A stretch of DNA of 64,000 nucleotides. Origin: a virus (lineage: Duplodnaviria; Heunggongvirae; Uroviricota; Caudoviricetes). This document shows positions 35,992 to 46,072 of the stretch, in pieces (within the stretch, counting starts at the first letter, position 1; the number at the start of each line of letters is the position of its first letter). The notes under the pieces were generated by a model. It saw only the letters and a list, made by a program, of their open reading frames with translations, made no database searches and was not told the DNA's origin. The stretch is from the IMG/VR virus record IMGVR_UViG_3300012346_000561, positions 78,358-142,357 of that record. One strand, given 5' to 3'. The position numbers were made by a program, and so were the translations under genes.

Positions 35992-36055
35992 AACCTTTAT
36001 CTTTTTATTTACCTAAATATATGAATAAATAACTAATCTAGCAACTATTTTTCGA
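35992..36055 (-). promoter_or_regulatory. class-2 promoter cassette
   Basis: AAATAGTTGCTAGATTAG..TTCATATATTTAGGTAAATAAAAAGATAAAGGTT-ATG. Confidence 0.5.
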
Positions 36056-36159
36056 ATAATTTAAAAAAATTTGGGTTTATTGTTTTTTCTCTAAGTTTTT
36101 CATTCTTCTCGTGTTGCTTAACAAGTTGATTAGCAACAGCTTGCTGTCGAGTTGGCTTA

Positions 36160-36822
36160 CTACGTTTTTTTTGCATTACCTATATAATTTTGTGAGATGT
36201 AAATAGATCCATCCGTAGGGTCTGGAGTATCGTCCTTCCACAATCCTAGGGACTGTAAATGTTCCTTCATACTATCATCCACCTCCCAGTCAGGCTCTCC
36301 TCCTTGCTTATCGACATAGTCTTCCATTGCAAGGACTTGCTTATCTGTTATTGGTGATACTGAGTATAGGAAAGAACAATTGTAGCACATCAGCTCAATG
36401 TTATCTAATTCGTAGTTCTTTTTGTTCTTATCTTTGAAGTGTAGAATTAGAGGTACCTTTTGATCTACCAATCTGTGTTCACTGAATCCACAGCAGTTGC
36501 ATTGCTCTTTTAAATATCCCTCAAAGATTAATCTCTGTTTGATTTTAGCTGGTTCAAAACTCTCGATGGCAAGTCTTCCCTCTATAAGATCTTTAAGTGG
36601 AGCTTGCTTACCTTTGTTTGAAATAAATTTAGGGATACCTTTTCCTGAAGAATTCATATGGGCTTCCCATAGAGTGGCTCCTTGCTCGTTGGTATAGGTC
36701 TTAGCAAACTTCTTGTAATGGTTGAAGCTGCATCTTAAAAATCGTGCAGCTCCTCTATTACTTTTTGAATTTTGCATTGCCAATAAGCAATCATCTTTCG
36801 ATATGAATTTAGCTTTCGGCAT
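36160..36822 (-). CDS. HNH homing endonuclease
   Basis: CNCCGFSEH...N..LMCYNCSF = C-x2-C...H...N...C-x2-C HNH zinc-finger core; 220 aa. Confidence 0.6.
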   Translation of the reverse strand: MPKAKFISKDDCLLAMQNSKSNRGAARFLRCSFNHYKKFAKTYTNEQGATLWEAHMNSSGKGIPKFISNKGKQAPLKDLIEGRLAIESFEPAKIKQRLIFEGYLKEQCNCCGFSEHRLVDQKVPLILHFKDKNKKNYELDNIELMCYNCSFLYSVSPITDKQVLAMEDYVDKQGGEPDWEVDDSMKEHLQSLGLWKDDTPDPTDGSIYISQNYIGNAKKT

Positions 36823-37227
36823 CTATTCGTCGTCGTCTTCTAATTCTAAATCTTCAACATCTTCTAGATCTTCCACCTCATCTTCAACGATCTCCTCTTC
36901 CAACTCATCATCCAGAGCTTTGTCTACAACTGCTACAAGTGCCTTAGCATCATCTGCCAATTCATCTTCATCATAGTTTAAGATTTCTAATGGAACGTTT
37001 CTTACTCCTCTGGCAGTGTTCTCTAACTCCTGAAGTTTTCTAGCTGTATCCTGATCCAAGATGTCAAGTTCTGTTACTGTGTAATCTCCTTCTCCAATTA
37101 CTCTGATACGTCCTACTTTTGGTTTAACATCTGAGCAGTTAACACAGAAATCGTATCCGTAGTTATCTAATCGGAGTTTTGGCATATCGTTACCACATCT
37201 TGTACAAGCAATCATTTGTAAATTCAT
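36823..37227 (-). CDS. C4 zinc-ribbon protein with poly-acidic C-terminal tail
   Basis: CTRCG...CVNCS; last 45 aa >60% Asp/Glu. Confidence 0.45.
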   Translation of the reverse strand: MNLQMIACTRCGNDMPKLRLDNYGYDFCVNCSDVKPKVGRIRVIGEGDYTVTELDILDQDTARKLQELENTARGVRNVPLEILNYDEDELADDAKALVAVVDKALDDELEEEIVEDEVEDLEDVEDLELEDDDE

Positions 37228-37292
37228 AACCGTTTTGTTTAATAATTATACGTAAACATACTTATAAAAATATTAGTATGCAACTATTATTT
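37228..37292 (-). promoter_or_regulatory. promoter (AGTTGCATAC -33 type)
   Basis: TAGTTGCATACTAATATTTTTATAAGTATGTTTACGTATAATTATTAAACAAAACGGTT-ATG. Confidence 0.45.
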
Positions 37293-37694
37293 AATATTTT
37301 TTAAACTACTTATTACATTCCAAACTTGCTCTGGAGTTTCAAAGTCAACTGTGACCATATCCTTTCCGTCTGAAAGATCTATCTTACCATCCCAATTGTC
37401 TAGTGTAGGTACTTGGTAGATGTAATATTGTATTAAAGCAAATTGCTCTTTGTTGAAATGTACTTTAAATAAATTTTCTATTATTTGTAGGAACTTTTCT
37501 TCATAGATAGACATATCCATTCCAATCTCCTCCTCCATAAAGTCTCTTCGATCCTCTATCTCTCTCAAAAGAATAATGCTTTCAATGAATAGTTTCTTTT
37601 CAATCACATCTCTAGCCATATCCCTTTCTTTTATCCTAACATTACCCTTTAAGTAATTGTTTAGCGTTTTCCTTAATTCCTTCTTGAGCACCAT
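37287..37694 (-). CDS. hypothetical protein
   Basis: 135 aa. Confidence 0.4.
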   Translation of the reverse strand: MVLKKELRKTLNNYLKGNVRIKERDMARDVIEKKLFIESIILLREIEDRRDFMEEEIGMDMSIYEEKFLQIIENLFKVHFNKEQFALIQYYIYQVPTLDNWDGKIDLSDGKDMVTVDFETPEQVWNVISSLKNIK

Positions 37695-37854
37695 ATGTGT
37701 AGCTTTTTACTTCGAAAATTGTTAGAAAATCATTCATTGGCAACATCTTAGTCAGTGAGAAGAATTTGATTGCTTCCTCCTTGCTTAGTGCCTCTACCAC
37801 TCCTACTGGTTCTTGTGCAGGGTTACTTTTTAAATAAAAACAAAACTTTGCCAT
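37642..37854 (-). CDS. hypothetical protein
   Basis: 70 aa, overlaps downstream gene by 53 nt. Confidence 0.3.
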   Translation of the reverse strand: MAKFCFYLKSNPAQEPVGVVEALSKEEAIKFFSLTKMLPMNDFLTIFEVKSYTYGAQEGIKENAKQLLKG

Positions 37855-37861
37855 AATACTA

Positions 37862-38206
37862 CTATTGCTGTTTAGATGCTTGATTCAAAGCATTTATTAT
37901 AATTTTATTAAGATACTCAATATAAATGAAAAATCCTAATACTGTCTTATCTTTTAACTCTCTATCTCTCTCAACAGACAATCCTAGTGGAGTCAGTCCT
38001 TGATTAAGTTTTTGTTGCAACTCCATAGCAATTTCATCTTGTTGCTGTTTTGACATGCCTGTGAATGTGGTTGGAAGGAATTGTACCTTTACTCCTTTTT
38101 TGTTAGGATCTTCATTCACATCAATCTTAAGTACAAATTTATGTCCTTTAAAATTTACTTTAGTTACTTCTGAAAGTATTTGTTTTATTTCGTTTATTAA
38201 ACTCAT
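37862..38206 (-). CDS. hypothetical protein
   Basis: 114 aa. Confidence 0.4.
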   Translation of the reverse strand: MSLINEIKQILSEVTKVNFKGHKFVLKIDVNEDPNKKGVKVQFLPTTFTGMSKQQQDEIAMELQQKLNQGLTPLGLSVERDRELKDKTVLGFFIYIEYLNKIIINALNQASKQQ

Positions 38207-38227
38207 ATCTGTTTTTACTATAAATAG

Positions 38228-39382
38228 TTAATTTTTACATACTACCAAGTCATTCTGATACTCCTCAAGTGAGTTGATAGTTATTTTGAATATGTCTAGT
38301 TCAAATTCCCCTACCTCTCCACTCTGCTTTATTATTTCTGGCAACTGCTGTAAGATGCTGTATGACTGCTGTGTAAACTGCTTTGCATTAAACTCTACAA
38401 CAATATCATTCTCTCCTTTAGGATAATTGTACTCTAACGTATGCACTCGCTTTGACAAATCGTAGGAGGTCTTCTTCTGCTCAGTTTCGTAGTATGCTGC
38501 TTGCAGTACTCCCATTTCATCTTGAATGTAAATTCTATCACACCAAGGTTCGAGTGCAGAGAGTAGTTCAAGGTTACAGGCTTGTATCACAAATGCTATG
38601 TTATACTTTGGAATAATTATAGGGTACTGGTACTCATCGTTCTTAATCCAGCTTCCCCATTTACGTAAATAGTTTCTGGCTGCTTTCTGTGATACTTCTT
38701 TGTAGTAGTCGTCATCCTTACCTACTTGTTCATTCCATCTATGACCTCTACATGTTAAGTGGTACACAAAGGCATCTCTAGATTGTATCAATTCATATCC
38801 TGCCATTATCCATCTCTGAAAGATATCTGAGTCTTCGTATGGGAATGGAGCGAATAGTGGGTCATGTCCTCCTATTGCTTGGAAGTCTTCTTTATAGAGT
38901 ATCCAAGGTGCAAACATTCCTCTTGTAGTTTCTCCTTCAACTGCTTGTAAGTCTCTAACAAACTCTTCGAAGGAAGCTACATCTAAAGTATCGAAGTCCA
39001 TTCCAAAATCTCTAATGATCTTTTCTTTTCCTTCTGGATGAAGAGGTGGTTCAATTCTAGTTGCACATACAACTGTCTGTGGCTTTAGATGCTTAACTAA
39101 ATTTTTAATATAGTTAGGACCCAGTATCATATCTGCATGAAGAATTCCTACTATATCATTTGTAGCTAATTCAATTCCTTTATCATATAGAATTGTATGT
39201 CCTACTCTTTCCTCACTTCTAAATTTAATACAATCCTGTTGTTGTATCCACTCCCAGGTACCATCTGTCGATCCATCGTCAAGTAGTACAACCTCTGCAA
39301 GTGGTTCATGCTTCTGTATTGAAGCGTACACATTCTTTAAATGTTGTAAGTTATTATAACTTGGAATTACTATTGAAATCAT
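38228..39382 (-). CDS. family 2 glycosyltransferase (GT-A)
   Basis: ISIVIPSYNN...VVLLDDGSTDGT N-terminal GT2 signature. Confidence 0.6.
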   Translation of the reverse strand: MISIVIPSYNNLQHLKNVYASIQKHEPLAEVVLLDDGSTDGTWEWIQQQDCIKFRSEERVGHTILYDKGIELATNDIVGILHADMILGPNYIKNLVKHLKPQTVVCATRIEPPLHPEGKEKIIRDFGMDFDTLDVASFEEFVRDLQAVEGETTRGMFAPWILYKEDFQAIGGHDPLFAPFPYEDSDIFQRWIMAGYELIQSRDAFVYHLTCRGHRWNEQVGKDDDYYKEVSQKAARNYLRKWGSWIKNDEYQYPIIIPKYNIAFVIQACNLELLSALEPWCDRIYIQDEMGVLQAAYYETEQKKTSYDLSKRVHTLEYNYPKGENDIVVEFNAKQFTQQSYSILQQLPEIIKQSGEVGEFELDIFKITINSLEEYQNDLVVCKN

Positions 39383-40106
39383 ATTGTTCTGCTTTTTGTC
39401 GTTGTTCTACATATCTACCCCACAATCCTCTTTCCTGGAAGTATCCTATCATCTCCTGCTCTGCTAGAACATTGTACTTTGATATTATAGGGTCTTGTGA
39501 ATTATCTTTTACTGTTCCATTTCCAAAATGTATTACAGGTACCCAATCACATACTCCTATTTTCCATCCATTGTCCTCACAAACAATACCTGTCATGATA
39601 TCCTGTACCCATCCAAACTTAGAACCAAATCCTCCTACTTTCTCAACAAACTTTCTCTTAAGTAATGCGCATTGGTAATCTACCCATGGCACATATCGGA
39701 GACTAGTACTTCCCCAGTTATGGATTGCCTTCCAATGACATTGATTACGTTCAGGCTGTATCACACATCCCGATACTAATACTAAGTCCTCTTCCTTGAA
39801 TAGTTGTTCACGTAGTGCTTTTACAAAGTTGTAACCATGTACTATTAAATCTGAGTTGAGTAGTAGCATGGAATCGTACTGAGTATTCTCCAGGAAGTAG
39901 TTCATGGTAATGTCCAATCCTCCTCCGTAGTATGTATTCTCATCAACCCTCAGGGAAGTGTACTTAGATGTCTTCCCTTCATCAGATCCATTATCGATGA
40001 CCACTAAATCATAGTCATCTCTTTCGTAGGGCTTTAACATTTCGTATAAAGTATCTGTGTACTGTACGCTGTTGTAGTGTAATATTGCAACTAAACTTTT
40101 ACTCAT
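39354..40106 (-). CDS. family 2 glycosyltransferase
   Basis: VAILHYNS...LVVIDNGSDEG GT2 signature. Confidence 0.55.
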   Translation of the reverse strand: MSKSLVAILHYNSVQYTDTLYEMLKPYERDDYDLVVIDNGSDEGKTSKYTSLRVDENTYYGGGLDITMNYFLENTQYDSMLLLNSDLIVHGYNFVKALREQLFKEEDLVLVSGCVIQPERNQCHWKAIHNWGSTSLRYVPWVDYQCALLKRKFVEKVGGFGSKFGWVQDIMTGIVCEDNGWKIGVCDWVPVIHFGNGTVKDNSQDPIISKYNVLAEQEMIGYFQERGLWGRYVEQRQKAEQYDFNSNSKL

Positions 40107-41334
40107 ATATTTTTAATTCTGGTAGTAGTGTTATGAATTTTCCTTTGTATCCGTCTTGTCTCAAAGATTTAATTATATAATCAGTAAAGTTGTGTGCTAA
40201 GATTAGTACATAGTCTACTGGGTGTGATTGTAACTTGGTTCTATCTACAACCTCCACTCCTATTCCTGGTACGAATTTACCCTGCTTTAGTTGTGTGTCA
40301 TCCACTATGTAGTCGACATGATTGTGATCTATTCCTGCTGCATTCAAGTATACACATCCTTTTGCTGCTGCTCCAAAACCTGCGATACTTGCTCCTTGTT
40401 CTTTTAAAGATACAATAAATTCTTTACTTTTCAAAATGCGACTCTTTACTTCTTGACCCCATGCAACGTAATCATGTTGAGTTGATTGCTCTTCGTTGTA
40501 TACTTTTTGCAAACTGTAGTCATCCTGCTGCCAAGCCTTTCCTAATTCTCCTTTGTATGATATAAGAAGTCTCATTGTTCCTCCATGTATAGGATAGTTC
40601 ACCGCTTTTATAATATGCAGGTTATACTTGTCCAGTAGTTTAATTAGTGGTAACACCTCGTAGTAGTATATGTGCTCATGGTATACCTGATCAAACTGTC
40701 CAGTCTCCAAGCTAGTCTTCCAGTACGGAAACTCTAAACACCAGATGCCTCGACTTTCTAAACTTAAAGCAATTCCTTCTACAAAACTATCCAAGGGCTC
40801 TGTGTGTTGGAAGCAGTTGGTTGTTGTAATAAGTTTAAATTTCTGATTCAACTTCTTTGCCAAAGCACTCCCCCAGAAAGCATTTATTGAAGGTATTCCA
40901 GATTCAATAGCCTCCTTTGTAAGGTTTTCGGATGCATCAATATTAAGTACGTCTAGGTAAGGTTTCTTATCTAAAAAAGTCTTTAGCAATGTACCATCAT
41001 TTCCTCCTATATCCAATACCTTATCTCCTTCCTGCAGGTACAAGTACATATCTACAAACCAAAACATTTGTGCACAATGATCGATGTATGGTTGTGACAC
41101 TCCTGATTTGTATACATAATGTGAGTACAGTTCAGTAGGATCTATTTCCACAGTCAATGCAGACAGTCCACTTTCTTTGAACAATTGGACAGCTAACGGA
41201 TACTTGTCACAAGCTAAAGACTGTTCTTTAGTATCATTTAAGTTATTTACCAACGGCATCATTCCTAGGTCAAAGTATATCTCCCCGTCAGCCTTTCCTG
41301 TAATAGGACATTTGTTTATTGTTTTGTAACTCAT
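40099..41334 (-). CDS. SAM-dependent (sugar C-)methyltransferase with N-terminal Zn-ribbon
   Basis: N-term CPITG..; class I MTase motif I VLDIGGNDGTLL; ~410 aa architecture of TylCIII/TcaB9-like C-methyltransferases. Confidence 0.55.
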   Translation of the reverse strand: MSYKTINKCPITGKADGEIYFDLGMMPLVNNLNDTKEQSLACDKYPLAVQLFKESGLSALTVEIDPTELYSHYVYKSGVSQPYIDHCAQMFWFVDMYLYLQEGDKVLDIGGNDGTLLKTFLDKKPYLDVLNIDASENLTKEAIESGIPSINAFWGSALAKKLNQKFKLITTTNCFQHTEPLDSFVEGIALSLESRGIWCLEFPYWKTSLETGQFDQVYHEHIYYYEVLPLIKLLDKYNLHIIKAVNYPIHGGTMRLLISYKGELGKAWQQDDYSLQKVYNEEQSTQHDYVAWGQEVKSRILKSKEFIVSLKEQGASIAGFGAAAKGCVYLNAAGIDHNHVDYIVDDTQLKQGKFVPGIGVEVVDRTKLQSHPVDYVLILAHNFTDYIIKSLRQDGYKGKFITLLPELKIYE

Positions 41335-42047
41335 AGTAGTTGTTTTATATCTATGTTTGTTGGATTAACTGCAAAGTTAATATACTTCTCAGGTAAGTGT
41401 CTACATTCCGCTTTCTCTAAGTCGTAGGGATATACTTTGGTGTAAAACATATATGGGACTGATGCTACACTTTCTAATTGATCACAGTTGCCATATTGGA
41501 ATCCATACTGTCTGAAGGTGGTCTCCCATACATTTGCTTTGATCATATTTTCAATGTCTTGCTTGCTGAATAGCCAGTTTCCACTGTGTAGGTTCCATGG
41601 CTCCCATACTTGATGCTCTTCCCACTTCTGCTTAACTGTTCCATAACCTCCTCTATGTACAGCATGTACGGGATTCATATCAAAGTACCTCTTAGTGTCA
41701 TCTCTTTTATCATATTCGTATCTAACAAATCCTGGTATGAATGTGTCAGGTAATGATTGGTACAGGTCTACTACATTGTTGAAAACTTCTTGTGTGATTA
41801 GAATATCATCCTCATTGTATAAAATATAGTCCCAATCTTGTGAAAGATTATCCACTACCCACTGTTTAGGTTTATACACTAACTCCCTTTCTACTGATTT
41901 AGGAAAGTGTATGGTTTGGCTTACTGGTAGTGTGTGTTCCTCTGTTGTGAATAGTACCACTGAGGAGAACTTGTTAAGCTCTTCAACAACCTGTGGTACG
42001 TATTCATTATTAGGATTGTAACTTGGAACTAGTGATACTACTTTCAT
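41331..42047 (-). CDS. hypothetical protein (possible GT-A-like)
   Basis: 238 aa; YNEDDILI acidic motif. Confidence 0.35.
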   Translation of the reverse strand: MKVVSLVPSYNPNNEYVPQVVEELNKFSSVVLFTTEEHTLPVSQTIHFPKSVERELVYKPKQWVVDNLSQDWDYILYNEDDILITQEVFNNVVDLYQSLPDTFIPGFVRYEYDKRDDTKRYFDMNPVHAVHRGGYGTVKQKWEEHQVWEPWNLHSGNWLFSKQDIENMIKANVWETTFRQYGFQYGNCDQLESVASVPYMFYTKVYPYDLEKAECRHLPEKYINFAVNPTNIDIKQLL

Positions 42048-42679
42048 TTTATGTATTTAATTCCTATTCCCATTTCATTAGTAAAAGCAATCTCCTCATC
42101 TAGTTGTATTCCTGAATCTGTTATTGCTCTATACACTCCACAGTTACCAGAATCTTCAATAGGTCTGATGTCGTGAAAAAGTAGTAAGTCTTTAGCCAAA
42201 GGAGCAAACTTATCAATGTCATTTTTAATTTCATGATACTTATGTCCTGCATCTATGAACACTATGTCATACATGGATCCATGCTCAAGTACTGCTGGTA
42301 GTGCCTCTGGGCTTAGTGTGTTTATGTCGATCAGCTCTGCTTCAAATCCTTGATCTTTTATGTACGTGATTACGTTAGGTAAGAACTTATTAGCTTCGTG
42401 GTCATGATTGATCAGAGTAATTGTTACGTACTTACCTTTTATGTTATGTAGTTTACAAAACTCAGCAAATGCTAATCCCCACAATCCTTTCCAAGCTCCT
42501 ACTTCTAGGAAGGTAAGTTCTTTTACTTTATTTTTTTTATAATATTCACTAATTGAATCCCATGCTGTAAAGAATTCGATACCTCTTTGAGAACCTTCAA
42601 AAGAGATACTCTCATCTCTGCTTGCATGTACTGGTACGTGTACTTTTGAGTACGCTTCTACGATTTTGCTATCTAACAT
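42044..42679 (-). CDS. class I SAM-dependent methyltransferase
   Basis: LEVGAWKGLWG glycine-rich motif I, acidic motif II FIDAGH. Confidence 0.5.
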   Translation of the reverse strand: MLDSKIVEAYSKVHVPVHASRDESISFEGSQRGIEFFTAWDSISEYYKKNKVKELTFLEVGAWKGLWGLAFAEFCKLHNIKGKYVTITLINHDHEANKFLPNVITYIKDQGFEAELIDINTLSPEALPAVLEHGSMYDIVFIDAGHKYHEIKNDIDKFAPLAKDLLLFHDIRPIEDSGNCGVYRAITDSGIQLDEEIAFTNEMGIGIKYIK

Positions 42680-42708
42680 ATTATTGGTTTGTTTAAAATT
42701 GATTTAGT

Positions 42709-43326
42709 TTATATACCGCATAGTGTGCGATACTTGTCTAACAGTGTCTCGAGTATCGTATCGTCTATACCATTACGAGAAAGCCCCACTGCATTTTGCT
42801 TAAGGTACTTTGCAGGAGAGCCTACATACACTCCTCCTGGTTCAATATTAGAAGTCTTTGTTACCACACTTCCCATACCTACCATACTGTAAGCTCCTAT
42901 CTTACTAAACTGATGGCATATGCTTCCTAGTCCGAAGTTTACTCCCTTCATTATATAAGAGTGTCCTCCTATTAATACGTTGCACGATAATGTAACTCTA
43001 TCCTCTACAACACTGTCATGTCCTACGTGACTTGCTCTTAACATTGTAATGTCACTACCAAGTACGGTGGTATGTTCTGTTCCTGCATTTACTGTCACGA
43101 ACTCTCTAAAGGTGTTGTTATTTTGTATCACTGTCTTGCCTACTTCTGATAAGAAGTAGTCTCGGTGTTCTGCTGGAGTTCCTATGGAGCAGTATGCTTC
43201 AAATCTATTATTGTTTCCTATCTTAGTATCTCCTGTTATGTAACAAAAAGGTCCTATATAGTTGCCTTCTCCTAATTCTACTGTGCTCTCTACAAGAGCT
43301 GTTGGATGAATGTAATTTGCCTTCAT
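42709..43326 (-). CDS. hexapeptide-repeat (left-handed beta-helix) acyl/acetyltransferase, LpxA/PglD-like
   Basis: tandem [LIV]-G-x-x-x-x hexapeptides (IHPTALV..VELGEGNYIGPFCYITGDTKIGNNN). Confidence 0.6.
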   Translation of the reverse strand: MKANYIHPTALVESTVELGEGNYIGPFCYITGDTKIGNNNRFEAYCSIGTPAEHRDYFLSEVGKTVIQNNNTFREFVTVNAGTEHTTVLGSDITMLRASHVGHDSVVEDRVTLSCNVLIGGHSYIMKGVNFGLGSICHQFSKIGAYSMVGMGSVVTKTSNIEPGGVYVGSPAKYLKQNAVGLSRNGIDDTILETLLDKYRTLCGI

Positions 43327-43329
43327 AAG

Positions 43330-44133
43330 TTAAAATCTTAGTGGAGCATTCCAATTGGACTGCATTGTAATTCCTAAGTAATTTTGTGATAATATTTGTT
43401 CTGTTATTCCTAAATCTTTAGCATGGGAATACTGCCAAGGATAGTGAAATGTTTTAAATAGAGGTCCGCAAGGGTAGTACTGCTTTCCCGAAAACAGCAT
43501 ATACTCTCCGTACCAATTGTTCTCCGAAGCACTAAAGTTTAGCAAGTCTAAGAACGTTAGTTCGTTTGGTACACAGTAATTGTCATACAGCTCTTGAAAT
43601 ACTGAGGAGATGTATAATATTGCAGAGCCTGAATAGTCGTAGTGTCTTCCTTCTCTTCCAAATACTTGCATGATCTTATCCCTCTCTCCTGCAAACCATT
43701 CTCTCAATCTACCATCTCCAGTTATAACCTCTGAGTACTCTAGTAAGTCTTTGCATTCGTGTATTGTAAAGTACGGAACTCCTTCTTTGGTAATGAAGTC
43801 TGTTGCATGAAAGTCTCTAATGAAGTACATGTCTGAATCCATTGTGAAGTAGTTGCTGGCTATTCCTGTCTTGTAAAACTCCATCTTGAATAGCTGCTGG
43901 GTGAAGTGAGACTGTGTGTTTGTATCTGTTGTAAGATCTTCATCAAACACTATCTGGTAGGTACCTTCGCCTAGCACCTCTTGGAAGATACTCAAATCTT
44001 TTTTAGGTATACAGAGGTAGAACGGTATACCATCCTTATTATACTGAGTGATGCTTTCTAGAAGTACTTTTACTCGATGTACATCTTTGTAATATGACTT
44101 GCAAAATAGTATTAGATCGTGTGTGTATTCCAT
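43330..44133 (-). CDS. hypothetical protein in glycosylation island
   Basis: 267 aa. Confidence 0.4.
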   Translation of the reverse strand: MEYTHDLILFCKSYYKDVHRVKVLLESITQYNKDGIPFYLCIPKKDLSIFQEVLGEGTYQIVFDEDLTTDTNTQSHFTQQLFKMEFYKTGIASNYFTMDSDMYFIRDFHATDFITKEGVPYFTIHECKDLLEYSEVITGDGRLREWFAGERDKIMQVFGREGRHYDYSGSAILYISSVFQELYDNYCVPNELTFLDLLNFSASENNWYGEYMLFSGKQYYPCGPLFKTFHYPWQYSHAKDLGITEQILSQNYLGITMQSNWNAPLRF

Positions 44134-44136
44134 ATT

Positions 44137-44988
44137 CTAAAATTGTTTTATCATTCCGTATTGATCAAAGATAGGCATTTTTCCCCACTTCTCCAACCAC
44201 TTGTTCATATTTTTTTGCTCTGCTTGTCTCTGTCTTTGTGATGACTGTCCATTGTTTTCTTCCAACCTATGTGAGCCTCTTGCTCCGAAATGCCAAACAA
44301 TAGAACTAAAAGGTAGTACAAATCTCACTCCGTGTTGTAACATTCTAAGAAACAAATCCATATCATCCCAAGAAGTTGGTGCAAATCTAGGATCGTTACC
44401 TCCCACTTCATCCCATACTTCTTTCTTGACTAATCCCGATACTCCTTCTCCTTTTGGAATTTCAAAGTATTCGTTAAGCTCTTTAAATTCTTGTACAAAT
44501 TGTTCAAAGCTTTTTGGATGGAATGTATCGTAATACGCTCCAAAGGACTCAGGATCTACCAATAGTGTTCCATGTCTTTGTGGTGAGTTAAACATATTTG
44601 GTTCAATTCTAAAAGAGTTGACCCACAACTTATCATTGGGATATTTTTGATGAATTCTTAATAAATCCAAATCCCAATCCTCAGTAACATAGAAGTCTGA
44701 GTGTAGAAAGTTAATGTATTGTGTTTGTACTTTTTCAGCACAGAAGTTCATTCCACCTCCTATACCTTTTGGTGAATTGCTATGCACATCAATATAGTGT
44801 GTAAGGTTGTACCTCTCAGCATTTTCCACCAACCATTCATTTGTACCATCCGTACAATTCTCAGCATGTATAATAAAAGGAGCATCCTTGTAATAGGAAT
44901 TACTTCTTACCGACTGTACTGCCAATTTAAGGTAAGGCAGATTATTGTATGTGGATATACAATGTGTTAGCGGACTAGAGTGTATCAT
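44137..44988 (-). CDS. family 2 glycosyltransferase
   Basis: CISTYNNLPYL...HAENCTDGT GT2-like N-terminus. Confidence 0.5.
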   Translation of the reverse strand: MIHSSPLTHCISTYNNLPYLKLAVQSVRSNSYYKDAPFIIHAENCTDGTNEWLVENAERYNLTHYIDVHSNSPKGIGGGMNFCAEKVQTQYINFLHSDFYVTEDWDLDLLRIHQKYPNDKLWVNSFRIEPNMFNSPQRHGTLLVDPESFGAYYDTFHPKSFEQFVQEFKELNEYFEIPKGEGVSGLVKKEVWDEVGGNDPRFAPTSWDDMDLFLRMLQHGVRFVLPFSSIVWHFGARGSHRLEENNGQSSQRQRQAEQKNMNKWLEKWGKMPIFDQYGMIKQF

Positions 44989-45592
44989 AGAAGTTATTCT
45001 GTCTTTCTTGTCTGTCGATTGTCTTTGGATGGTATAAGGCCCATTCCTCTTCTACTGGAAGCATGCCATGGATCTTGAATCCTTCTAGTACTTCATGTAC
45101 TTTGTTAACCCATTTGATGTGAGGAACATTCTTGTATATTCTCATTTGCCAATCAGCCCAATTCACCCATCCTTTTTCATTTACATTCCATCCCCACTTC
45201 TGAATATGTTCTTGAGTTAAACCCTCTACAGTATTTACTCTAGGGACTCTAATCATATCAACATCGTTAGTCTCTAACATTGCAGGTAAGTTTTCAATTA
45301 AATTGATATGAGGAATCTCATCAGCATCTATTTGAAAGATATAATCTCCTGAGCATATTTTAAAGAATTTATTCTTCCAGTCGGCAAAGTGTCCTTGGAA
45401 TTTATCCTTTAATACAAATACATTTACTATTTCATCTACGGTAGCTACGTAATCGTAGACTTCTACACTACCGTTAGTGTCGTATAGGATTACTATCTCA
45501 TCTTCTGTACGTTTGTTAGAAAGGAGGAAGTTGACTAGTCTTTTCACTTCCTCCAATTCGTTACAAACTGTTATTGCATAACTTATTTTCAT
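44975..45592 (-). CDS. putative GT-A fold glycosyltransferase
   Basis: ISYAITVCNE...IVILYDTNGS. Confidence 0.4.
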   Translation of the reverse strand: MKISYAITVCNELEEVKRLVNFLLSNKRTEDEIVILYDTNGSVEVYDYVATVDEIVNVFVLKDKFQGHFADWKNKFFKICSGDYIFQIDADEIPHINLIENLPAMLETNDVDMIRVPRVNTVEGLTQEHIQKWGWNVNEKGWVNWADWQMRIYKNVPHIKWVNKVHEVLEGFKIHGMLPVEEEWALYHPKTIDRQERQNNFYDTL

Positions 45593-45610
45593 ACTAGTAA
45601 TATAGGACTT

Positions 45611-46072
45611 TTACTGCTCGTCTGCAACTTCTAGTTCAAAAAATCCTATCACTTCTAAAGCATCCATGAAGTCTCTTTGTTCAAACATTTGTGCACTTCT
45701 CATGTCCATCTTATGTGTTTGTCCTTCAGGGAATGTACCCTTCTCTTCTTCGGAAATTTCTACAGCTTTTACTGCTGCCCACTTCCAATTGTCTGCATTT
45801 GTACCGTCAACAAATACCATTCCTTTACCTGGAAGAGTTATTGTTGATGGGAACCATACGTGACCTTCACTGTCAGTATACGTAATGTCTTTGTATAGTT
45901 CTGGAGCAGATTCAATTGCTTGTAGTACTGGACTGCTTCCTTCTTTCATTGTTGTTGAAGAACTTTTTCCACATCCAAAGCAAAGCCATGTTGTGATGTC
46001 TTCATTTAGTTTTTGTTCGTAGCATGCATTGCTACCTCCACAAGGACAATCTTTTAATTGATCTTTTTCCAT
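45611..46072 (-). CDS. Cys-rich (zinc-ribbon) hypothetical protein
   Basis: CPCGG...CFGCGK. Confidence 0.4.
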   Translation of the reverse strand: MEKDQLKDCPCGGSNACYEQKLNEDITTWLCFGCGKSSSTTMKEGSSPVLQAIESAPELYKDITYTDSEGHVWFPSTITLPGKGMVFVDGTNADNWKWAAVKAVEISEEEKGTFPEGQTHKMDMRSAQMFEQRDFMDALEVIGFFELEVADEQ

